A stretch of 64,000 nucleotides of DNA from Candidatus Wolfebacteria bacterium GW2011_GWA1_44_24 (GCA_001001115.1 LCIO01000001.1:300710-364709), one strand, 5' to 3'. Positions 55,212-62,494 are shown, counted from the first letter of the stretch. Translations and numbers: made by a program. The notes: generated by a model from the sequence alone, not told the origin.

Positions 55212-56963
55212 ATGCTTAACCAGGAAATAGCCAAAATTTTTTATCAGATCGCTCAATATCTTGAAATTGAGGGCGTTGCTTTCAAGCCGCAGGCGTATGA
55301 GAAGGTGGCAATGAATTTGGAAATATTAAGCGAGAATATTTCCGACATTTATAGAAAAGGCGGACTTGGGGCGTTGGAACAGATTCCCGGCATCGGCAAA
55401 AGTATAGCGGAAAAAATCGAGGAATATATGAAAACCGGAAAAATCAAAGAATACGAGAAATTAAAAAAGAAAATTCCGGTTAATATCGAAGAATTAACGG
55501 CGGTTGAGGGAATCGGTCCCAAGAAAATCAAAATTTTATATCAGAAATTAAAGATTAAAAATCTGAAAGACCTGGAAAAAGCCGCCAAAGCCCGTAAAAT
55601 CGCGCCCCTATTCGGTTTCGGCGAAAAAACCGAAAAAAATATTTTGGAAGGCATAGAATTTTTGAAGCGAAGCAGGGGGAGATTTTTGCTTGGAGAGATT
55701 TTGCCGACAGTGGAAGAAATAATCAGGAAACTGGAAAAATTAAAAGAAGTGAAAATAATTTCGCCGGCCGGTTCGGTCAGAAGAATGAAAGAAACCGTCG
55801 GCGATGTTGATATTTTGGCGATTGTCGAAAATCCCGAAAGAATTATGGATTATTTCGTTTCTTTGCCGGAAGTTGTAAAAATTTGGAGTAAAGGACCGAC
55901 AAAAGCGTCAGTAAGGATGTCTCGGGGGTTTGATATTGATTTGCGGGTTTTGCCGGAAAAAAGTTTTGGTTCGGCGCTTCAATATTTCACCGGTTCAAAA
56001 GAACATAACATCGCGTTGCGGAAAATAGCCATTGATAAGGGATTGAAATTGTCCGAATACGGCCTTTTCAAGCGGACATCCGCCGGCTGGCGGATGATTG
56101 CCGGCGAAACAGAAGAAGAAATTTACGAAAAATTAGGGCTTAAATTGATTCCGCCGGAGATGCGGGAAAATTCCGGAGAAATTGAAGCGGCTTTGGCGGG
56201 AAAATTGCCGAGAATAATCGGTTATGGCGATATTTTAGGGGATTTGCACGTTCATTCGGATTGGAACGGCGGCAAGAATTCAATCGAAGAATTGGCCAAA
56301 GTGGCGATGGCAATGGGCTATCAATATATCGGCATTTCCGACCACACAAAATTTCTGGCAATTGAACACGGGCTTGATGAAAAAAAATTGGAAAAGCGGA
56401 ATAAAGAAATAGACAGGTTGAATGTCAAATTTAAAAGTCAGTTGTCAGGGGTCAGGGGTCAAATGTTTAGTATTTTAAAGGGTTGCGAAGCCAATATAAT
56501 GGCCGACGGCTCGATTGATATAAAAGACAAGGCTTTGGCAAAATTGGATTATGTAATTGCCGGCGTTCATTCGCAGATGAAAATGCCCAAAGAAAAAATG
56601 ACCGAAAGAATCATTAAGGCAATGGGAAATCCTCATGTTGATATAATTTCCCATCCGACCGGTCGGCTTATCGGCAGGCGCGACGAATATGAAATTGATT
56701 TTGACAAGATTTTGAAAGTTGCCGGAGAAACCGGCACGGTTTTGGAAATCAACGCTAATCCGCATAGATTGGATTTGAAAGATGTTAATATCAGGAAAGC
56801 CAAAAAAGCTGGCGTAAAATTGGTTATCAATAGCGATGCCCACCATAAAGACCAATTGAATCTTATGGAGTATGGCGTTAATCAAGCTTGCCGCGGCTGG
56901 GCCGAGAAAAATGATATTGTTAATTGCTGGCCGGCGAAGAAGATGTTAAAAATGTTAAAATAA
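55212..56963 (+). CDS. Family X DNA polymerase with a C-terminal PHP domain
   Basis: HhH GIGKSIAEKI, catalytic GSVRRMKETVGDVDIL, and PHP LHVHSDW. Confidence 0.9.
   Translation: MLNQEIAKIFYQIAQYLEIEGVAFKPQAYEKVAMNLEILSENISDIYRKGGLGALEQIPGIGKSIAEKIEEYMKTGKIKEYEKLKKKIPVNIEELTAVEGIGPKKIKILYQKLKIKNLKDLEKAAKARKIAPLFGFGEKTEKNILEGIEFLKRSRGRFLLGEILPTVEEIIRKLEKLKEVKIISPAGSVRRMKETVGDVDILAIVENPERIMDYFVSLPEVVKIWSKGPTKASVRMSRGFDIDLRVLPEKSFGSALQYFTGSKEHNIALRKIAIDKGLKLSEYGLFKRTSAGWRMIAGETEEEIYEKLGLKLIPPEMRENSGEIEAALAGKLPRIIGYGDILGDLHVHSDWNGGKNSIEELAKVAMAMGYQYIGISDHTKFLAIEHGLDEKKLEKRNKEIDRLNVKFKSQLSGVRGQMFSILKGCEANIMADGSIDIKDKALAKLDYVIAGVHSQMKMPKEKMTERIIKAMGNPHVDIISHPTGRLIGRRDEYEIDFDKILKVAGETGTVLEINANPHRLDLKDVNIRKAKKAGVKLVINSDAHHKDQLNLMEYGVNQACRGWAEKNDIVNCWPAKKMLKMLK
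56437..56464 (+). repeat. Heptamer-periodic tract, GTCAGAT family (gtcagtt gtcaggg gtcaggg gtcaaat, then gtttagt)
   Basis: Read directly. In frame inside polX, encoding SQLSGVRGQMF. An extra gtcaaat unit lies at 56424-56430. Confidence 0.8.
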
Positions 56964-56967
56964 AATT

Positions 56968-57414
56968 ATGCCAAAAGAAATATCCGCCGGTATAATAATT
57001 TATCACAAAACAAGAGAGGGAATAAAATTTTTACTGCTTTATCACGGCGGCAGTTATTGGAATTTCCCCAAAGGAAAAATCGAAAAAGAAGAAAAAAGTT
57101 TTCAGGCCGCTTTAAGGGAAATTAGGGAAGAAACGGGATTGGGGCAGGGAGACCTTAAATTCAAAAGCAATTTTAAGGTTTACGAAAAATTCACTTTTTG
57201 GCGCCGCATTGTAAATAAAAATGTTAAGGTTTTTAAAATTGTGATTTTTTATTTAGCCGAGACAAAGAATCCGATAATTAAGATTTCCAAAGAACACAAC
57301 GGTTATGGCTGGTTTACTCATCGGGAAGCAATTAAGATTTTAGAAAAATACAAAGACAGCCAGAAGGTTCTAACACAAGCATGCGATTTCCTTCGAAAAG
57401 GAAGACCTATTTGA
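56968..57414 (+). CDS. NUDIX hydrolase
   Basis: Nudix box GKIEKEEKSFQAALREIREETGL. Confidence 0.85.
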   Translation: MPKEISAGIIIYHKTREGIKFLLLYHGGSYWNFPKGKIEKEEKSFQAALREIREETGLGQGDLKFKSNFKVYEKFTFWRRIVNKNVKVFKIVIFYLAETKNPIIKISKEHNGYGWFTHREAIKILEKYKDSQKVLTQACDFLRKGRPI

Positions 57415-57751
57415 TTTTTTCAATTACTTTTCCAAAAACTTTTGGTTCGGTTTTAGCCAAGTCAGCTAAAATTTTTCTGTCCAGAATTATATTTTGTTTT
57501 TTCAGGCCGGCGATAAGCCTGCTGTAAGTTAAGCCGGCATTTCTTGCGCCGGCGTTAATTTGAACATTCCAGAGCGCCCGGTAATCCCGTTTTTTTTCTT
57601 TTCGGCCCCGAAAAGCGTGCGTCCAAGCGTGAAGTAGGGCTTCTTTAGCCGCCCGTTCTTTGGACTTTCTTCCCCAGCGGAAACCCTTGGTGTATTTCAG
57701 GATTTTTCTTCTTTTTTTGGTTGCGATTTTGCCGCGTTTAACCCTGGTCAT
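57407..57751 (-). CDS. rplT: 50S ribosomal protein L20
   Basis: MTRVKRGKIATKKRRKILK. Confidence 0.95.
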   Translation of the reverse strand: MTRVKRGKIATKKRRKILKYTKGFRWGRKSKERAAKEALLHAWTHAFRGRKEKKRDYRALWNVQINAGARNAGLTYSRLIAGLKKQNIILDRKILADLAKTEPKVFGKVIEKIK

Positions 57752-57753
57752 AA

Positions 57754-57927
57754 TTATAAATATTTTTTTACAATTTTTTTGCTTAAATCGTCAATTCCGC
57801 GTATTTTTTTTCTGCGGTTAAGCTGCGCGCCTCTTTTTTTGGCGCGAAAATGGTCTTGACCCATTGCTCTCCTTATAACTTTCCCGGTTTTGGTTATTCT
57901 AATGCGATTGGAAACAGATTTTTTCAT
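57754..57927 (-). CDS. rpmI: 50S ribosomal protein L35
   Basis: Own translation; below the track cutoff. MKKSVSNRIRITKTGKVIRRAMGQDHFRAKK... ATGA overlap with the infC stop. Confidence 0.85.
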   Translation of the reverse strand: MKKSVSNRIRITKTGKVIRRAMGQDHFRAKKRGAQLNRRKKIRGIDDLSKKIVKKYL

Positions 57928-58430
57928 TTCTTGGTGATTTGTGTTATTAATCCTCTTCCGCCGAATCGCGGCTCCATGGTGATTTTACATTCCGTAGGAA
58001 TCATTTTTAAAAATTCGTTTAATTTTTGGAAAGCCCATGTTCGGTTGTATTTTTCTCGTCCCCTCAAAGTCAGCATAATTTCCACTTTATTGCCCTCGGC
58101 TAAAAATTCCTCTATTTTTCTGACCTTGGTTTCTAAGTCATTTTTGGCTTCCCGGGCGCTTATCTGAACTTGCTTTAATTCGCTTATCTTCTGCGACGCT
58201 TTTTGTTTCTTTAATTCTTTTTCTCTCTGGTAGCGGAATTTGTCAAAACTGATTATTTTGGCGACTGGCGGCTTAGCGGTCGGCACGACCTCAATCAAGT
58301 CCAATGTTTTATCCTGCGCCAATTTTAATGCCGCCTCAAGCGGCATAATCCCCAGATTCTTTCCTTCCTCGTCCAACACTCTCAGTTCGGGTGATTTTAT
58401 TTGATTGTTTATTTTATATTGCTGAATAAT
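57924..58430 (-). CDS. infC: Translation initiation factor IF-3, probable non-AUG (ATT) start
   Basis: NNQIKSPELRVLDEEGKNLGIM matches the IF-3 N-terminus. That region lies upstream of the track's GTG start and has only ATT/ATA/ATC codons. The exact start is uncertain. Confidence 0.8.
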   Translation of the reverse strand: MIQQYKINNQIKSPELRVLDEEGKNLGIMPLEAALKLAQDKTLDLIEVVPTAKPPVAKIISFDKFRYQREKELKKQKASQKISELKQVQISAREAKNDLETKVRKIEEFLAEGNKVEIMLTLRGREKYNRTWAFQKLNEFLKMIPTECKITMEPRFGGRGLITQITKK

Positions 58431-58443
58431 ATCTTTGATTTAG

Positions 58444-58755
58444 TGGAAGCGAGCGGAATTGAACCGCTGTCCAAAGATTATCGGAAAAAATTTCTACAGG
58501 CTTATCCGCCTTTGGCGGAGATTTTTGCTCCTTATTTGTCTCCGGATATCGGAGCGTTTTTCCAGAGTTTGCCCAATTATTACACCGGTTGTCCCTTATT
58601 AGGCGTCAGGGGCCGATGGCTTCGGCGATTTATGCAAACGCCGGAGCAAAAGCCAAATTTTTGTTGGCAGTTATTTTGTTTTGATTGGATTAATGAGACA
58701 ATCGGCTCAGCCTGCGGTTTTATCGGAAAAATCTTTGTCGAAGCCTAGCGCTCCC
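58444..58755 (-). ncRNA. ssrA: tmRNA (ssrA)
   Basis: 5' GGGAGCG pairs with 3' CGCUUCC-A, including a G3:U wobble. T-arm AGCGG-UUCAAUU-CCGCU. Tag frame GCC AAC AAA AAU UUG GCU UUU GCU CCG GCG UUU GCA UAA encodes ANKNLAFAPAFA (58668..58630). CCA is not encoded. Confidence 0.85.
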
Positions 58756-59182
58756 GTTGTATTTCCCTTCCAATTTCTCTTTTTCTGATCAATTCTCTTT
58801 TGTCTGCTTTTTTTCGGCTTTTTCCCAAACAGATTTCTATCTTTATTTTCGAGTTTTTAGTATAAATCTTTAAAGGCATCAAAGTCAAGCCTTTTTCATG
58901 GATGCGGCCAATAAGGTTTTTAATTTCCGATTTTTTGAGAAGCAGTCGGCGGTTTCGTTTTGAATTATAATCAAGCGGCGCGTTTTTTGGCTGATAGGGC
59001 GGAATATCGGCGTTTATCAGCCAAGCTTCGTTGTTTCGGATAATGGCATAAGAACCGACAAGATTTATTCTTCCGGATTTTATGGACTTAACTTCAAACC
59101 CTTTCAATTCCAAGCCCGCTTCATAAGTTTCAAGGATTTCGTAGTCGAATCTCGCTTTTTTATTTTCCGCGATTATTGGCAT
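58745..59182 (-). CDS. smpB: SsrA-binding protein SmpB
   Basis: NKKARFDYEILETYEAGLELKGFEVKS. Confidence 0.9.
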   Translation of the reverse strand: MPIIAENKKARFDYEILETYEAGLELKGFEVKSIKSGRINLVGSYAIIRNNEAWLINADIPPYQPKNAPLDYNSKRNRRLLLKKSEIKNLIGRIHEKGLTLMPLKIYTKNSKIKIEICLGKSRKKADKRELIRKREIGREIQRER

Positions 59183-59217
59183 AAATTAAGTATAACTTAT
59201 CCAGAAATTTTAGAAAT

Positions 59218-59242
59218 AAAAAAGGGGCGTTAGTTTCGCCCC
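59218..59242 (-). terminator. Rho-independent terminator of the peptidase gene
   Basis: On the minus strand: ggggcg-aaactaa-cgcccc followed by tttttt. Confidence 0.6.
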
Positions 59243-59258
59243 TATGGAATAAGATGAT

Positions 59259-59837
59259 TTATGTACTACCCAAAAGCCTCCAGAAATCTCCCATTTCTCG
59301 ATCTTGTCTCAGGCATTTTATAAGCCTTGTGTCCAAATAAAAATGGAGGGAGTTTTGTATTTTTTTTATCCATTCCGAATATTCTTCCTTCTTATCATAG
59401 ACGTCCCTTCCAAGATCCAAAAAATGAATCCGCATATCTCTCAAATTAGCAACACTATTGCCAAGACTGGCAAAAAGCATTGTTATGGCAAAGACATCGC
59501 AAAGGAGTTCCCTCATATAGCCGCAATAGGGCACATAGAGGGGTTGTCTTAGCAGCACAAAATGATGTCCTAATTCATGAAATGTCAAGAAATCCAACCA
59601 CATTTGACAATTCGAAACTGGGAGGATCACGACCCTCTTGCAGGGGGGTTTTTCTCCCCTCTCGCTTAATCTTAAATAAGCTGTCGTCTCTTTCTGCTTA
59701 AAATCTGTTATTATCTGAATGTTGCAAATTTCGCAAAGGTTTTTGGCCGACCTTCCTTTAAATTCATCATAAATGTCCAAAAGAACTTTTAAGATTTTCT
59801 TTCTGTGGTGTATTCTTTCGTCAAATATCGTTGCCAT
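59259..59837 (-). CDS. HExxH zinc metallopeptidase, ImmA/IrrE (M78)-like
   Basis: FHELGHHFVLL motif. 192 aa with several Cys. The family call is from the motif only. Confidence 0.5.
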   Translation of the reverse strand: MATIFDERIHHRKKILKVLLDIYDEFKGRSAKNLCEICNIQIITDFKQKETTAYLRLSERGEKPPCKRVVILPVSNCQMWLDFLTFHELGHHFVLLRQPLYVPYCGYMRELLCDVFAITMLFASLGNSVANLRDMRIHFLDLGRDVYDKKEEYSEWIKKIQNSLHFYLDTRLIKCLRQDREMGDFWRLLGST

Positions 59838-59847
59838 TTTTCTTTTT

Positions 59848-59914
59848 CTCCCTATTAAGTTTTAATTTTAATCTTTTTAAATTATAATAAAGTTAAATGA
59901 TTAAATCAAGAATT
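59848..59914. repeat. 67-bp direct repeat, copy 1 (decayed copy of the argS promoter and first codons)
   Basis: 63/67 identical to 60731-60797. Contains tataat and atgattaaatcaag, which reads MIKSRIIF-stop. Confidence 0.85.
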
Positions 59915-60016
59915 ATATTTTAAGTATCAAGCATTAAGCATTATAAAAATAAAAAAGGCCTACTCAACATATAAATGTTTTTCGGCCATATTTTTTTAGG
60001 ATTTTCCCCAAGATTT

Positions 60017-60415
60017 TTATTTTTTTCTCGGATTTTTTCCGTTTTTTTCTGACCTTCCATCACAATCGGGACATGTTTCGTTTTTGAGATATTTATTTCT
60101 CGTAGGCGCAGCGCACATTTTACACCGCACTGCAAGCTCATTTATGAGTAAGGCTACGTCATCGACGCAGGGATCGCCTCCAAAGCGAGATTCTGCATAC
60201 TTGGAGAAAGGGCGATACTGAAAAAGCATTCGCGCTTCTTCTTTTGTCATGGGTTGTATTACAACGCCGACTCCTCCCTTTATTTCGTAAAATTTAACCA
60301 CCTTTTCTTCCTCGTATCGTTGTCTGGCATAGTCGATCAATCCTTTGTCAACTGAAAAAAGTTTTATGTGTTTTGGGTCAATAGCTGGGTTCATCTTGCC
60401 GCATTCTTCGCACAT
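60017..60415 (-). CDS. Hypothetical protein with N- and C-terminal zinc ribbons
   Basis: MCEECG... and CKMC...CPDC. SD aaggaggg upstream. Confidence 0.45.
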   Translation of the reverse strand: MCEECGKMNPAIDPKHIKLFSVDKGLIDYARQRYEEEKVVKFYEIKGGVGVVIQPMTKEEARMLFQYRPFSKYAESRFGGDPCVDDVALLINELAVRCKMCAAPTRNKYLKNETCPDCDGRSEKNGKNPRKK

Positions 60416-60502
60416 TTTTCCCTCCTTATTTGATAATTCTTTTTGATGTATTCGTAAAGAATGCCGTCTTTTTTTCTGGAGATTTTTACTAACCCCCTTC
60501 TT

Positions 60503-60721
60503 TCACAGTAAGAGAAGAAATCCTGTATTTTGTATTCTAAGCTCCTTTCTTAATTTCTTAAAGAAGAATTCATTAAGCCCGACTGGTTTTGAAAAACGAG
60601 ATAAGGTTGTTAAAAGCAATTCCCGTGTCCTTATCACGTTTTTTATAAAACCCTTTGGGGGACCAAAAACATCATAATAAACGTGAGCGATTTCCTTATT
60701 AGTAAGATTTTTCTCTCTCAT
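60503..60721 (-). CDS. Small hypothetical protein, possibly a disrupted winged-helix regulator
   Basis: SD aaggagggg upstream. Ends at a TGA, but both the 0 frame and the +1 frame stay open to 60415. Confidence 0.4.
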   Translation of the reverse strand: MREKNLTNKEIAHVYYDVFGPPKGFIKNVIRTRELLLTTLSRFSKPVGLNEFFFKKLRKELRIQNTGFLLLL

Positions 60722-60730
60722 TATCTACCC

Positions 60731-60797
60731 CTCCTTATTAAGTTTTAATTTCAATCTTTTTAAATTATAATAAAGTTAAATGATTAAGTCAATAATT
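60731..60797. repeat. 67-bp direct repeat, copy 2 (functional argS promoter and start)
   Basis: See copy 1; offset 883 bp. tataat at 60766-60771 and the ATG at 60780. Confidence 0.85.
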
Positions 60798-62384
60798 GAA
60801 AATTATCTTAAAAAAGCGATTAAAGAGAATATTGAGATAGAAGTTTTTGTTTCAGAAGGGGAGCAATTCGGACATTATTCGACGAATGTCGCTTTGAAAT
60901 TGGCGAAAATCAAAAAAGAAAATCCGATGGAAATTGCCGTAAAAATCGCGTCAGATGTCAGACATCGGATGTCAGATGTTTTTAATAAAGTAGAAGTCGC
61001 GCCGCCGGGTTTTATAAATTTTTGGCTCAAGCCGGAAGTTTTTCAAAACGAATTAAAAGAAGTTTTAAAGAAAAAAGAGAAGTACGGCAAATCGCAAATT
61101 GCAAAGCGTAAAGCGTGTAAAATTCAAATTGAATTTATTTCGGCTAATCCCACTGGTCCCTTGACTCTTGCCAATGGCAGGGGAGGTTTTTTAGGTGATG
61201 CTTTAGCTAATATTTTAGAATTTTGCGGATATAAAATTGAGCGGGAATATTATGTAAACGACACCGGCAATCAGATTTTAACGCTGGGAAAATCAATCTT
61301 GGCGGCCGGCGGATCCGTTCCATTCGAAGAAAAATTTTATAAAGGAGAGTATGTAAAAAAATGGGCAAAGAAAAATTCAGCGATAGTGAAAAAATACAAA
61401 GATAATCCATTAAAAGTGGGGAAATTGGCGGCTAAAGATTTTTTGACCGGAATTAAAAAAGTTCTTCAAAAAGAGGCAAAAATTAGTTTTGACCGCTGGA
61501 CTTCGGAAAATAAACACATTCACAAAAGAAGTTATATCAAAAAAACGCTGAATATCTTTAAAAAATCCGGTTTGGTTTATGAAAAAGACGGCGCTGTTTG
61601 GCTTAAAACTACGAAATTCGGAGATGATAAAGACCGCGTCCTGATTACCGGCGATAATTTTCCGACTTATTTTTTGGCCGATTCCGGCCATTATTTGGAA
61701 ACCAAAGAGCGGGGTTTTAGCGGGAAAATTGCTATTTGGGGACCGGACCATTTTGGCTATATCAGGCGCATTCAAACGGCGGCGGAAATTATGGGTTTTG
61801 AAAATTCCGAAATTATCATTACTCAGGCAGTTCGGTTGATGAGTCAAGGCAAGGAAGTTAAAATGTCCAAAAGGACCGGCGAATTTGTGACTTTTGAAGA
61901 ATTGATTAAAAAAGTCGGCGTTGACGCGACGCGGTTTTTCTTTTTAATGCATTCGCCGGATTCTCATATGGATTTTAACCTTGATTTGGCAAAAGAAAGG
62001 TCTTTGAAAAATCCGGTCTATTATGTTCAATACGCGGCAGTAAGATGTCAAAGTATTTTAAAAAAATCAAAAATCAAAGGCCAAAAACCAAAGGCTAAAT
62101 ATAATTTATTAAATACGCCGGAAGATATAAATTTAATTAGATTACTGGCGCGGTTTTCGGAAGTTGTTGAAGAAGCCGCTGGAAAATTAAACCCGCAGAT
62201 TTTGGCGCGTTATTCTTTGGATTTGGCGCGGCAGTTTCATAATTTTTATGAGAAAGAGCGAATAATCGGCGAAAATATTGATAAAAATTTATCATTGGCG
62301 CGTTTGGAACTGATAAAAGCTGTCCAGGCAGCTTTTAAAAATTTATTCGGACTTTTGGGTATTTCTATGCCGAAGAAGATGTAG
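60780..62384 (+). CDS. argS: Arginyl-tRNA synthetase
   Basis: SANPTGPL, KMSKRTG, and a C-terminal DALR-type anticodon-binding region. 534 aa. Confidence 0.9.
   Translation: MIKSIIENYLKKAIKENIEIEVFVSEGEQFGHYSTNVALKLAKIKKENPMEIAVKIASDVRHRMSDVFNKVEVAPPGFINFWLKPEVFQNELKEVLKKKEKYGKSQIAKRKACKIQIEFISANPTGPLTLANGRGGFLGDALANILEFCGYKIEREYYVNDTGNQILTLGKSILAAGGSVPFEEKFYKGEYVKKWAKKNSAIVKKYKDNPLKVGKLAAKDFLTGIKKVLQKEAKISFDRWTSENKHIHKRSYIKKTLNIFKKSGLVYEKDGAVWLKTTKFGDDKDRVLITGDNFPTYFLADSGHYLETKERGFSGKIAIWGPDHFGYIRRIQTAAEIMGFENSEIIITQAVRLMSQGKEVKMSKRTGEFVTFEELIKKVGVDATRFFFLMHSPDSHMDFNLDLAKERSLKNPVYYVQYAAVRCQSILKKSKIKGQKPKAKYNLLNTPEDINLIRLLARFSEVVEEAAGKLNPQILARYSLDLARQFHNFYEKERIIGENIDKNLSLARLELIKAVQAAFKNLFGLLGISMPKKM
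60950..60977 (+). repeat. Heptamer-periodic tract, GTCAGAT family (gtcagat gtcagac atcggat gtcagat, then gttttta)
   Basis: Read directly. In frame inside argS, encoding SDVRHRMSDVF. Also contains the nested palindromes gatgtc-a-gacatc-g-gatgtc. Confidence 0.8.
62062..62096 (+). repeat. Heptamer-periodic tract (aaaaatc aaaaatc aaaggcc aaaaacc aaaggct)
   Basis: Read directly. In frame inside argS, encoding KSKIKGQKPKAK. Confidence 0.7.
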
Positions 62385-62494
62385 AATTGCTGGCCTTGAT
62401 TTTTTTAGGTTAAATATATACTCTTTTACGGAGTAAAAGAGCTAAAGTGAATTTTTATATGTTCTTCTAAAATTTAATAAAGGAGAGATAAAAC

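Noticed and set aside
58401-58748. 115-aa plus-strand ORF between infC and smpB.
   Set aside because: The region is fully explained by a minus-strand tmRNA with its acceptor stem, T-arm and tag frame. The ORF is its antisense shadow.
8455-62096. CRISPR array formed by the short repeats, or by the 67-bp repeats.
   Set aside because: The repeat units are 7 bp, contiguous and inside CDSs. The 67-bp repeat has only two copies 883 bp apart that flank genes. There is no repeat-spacer organisation and there are no cas genes.
62421-62441. Perfect 8-bp hairpin ctctttta-cggag-taaaagag after argS, as a possible terminator.
   Set aside because: It is not followed by a T-run and has an AT-rich weak stem. 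It may be part of the 5' UTR of the DHS-like gene, so I left it uncalled.
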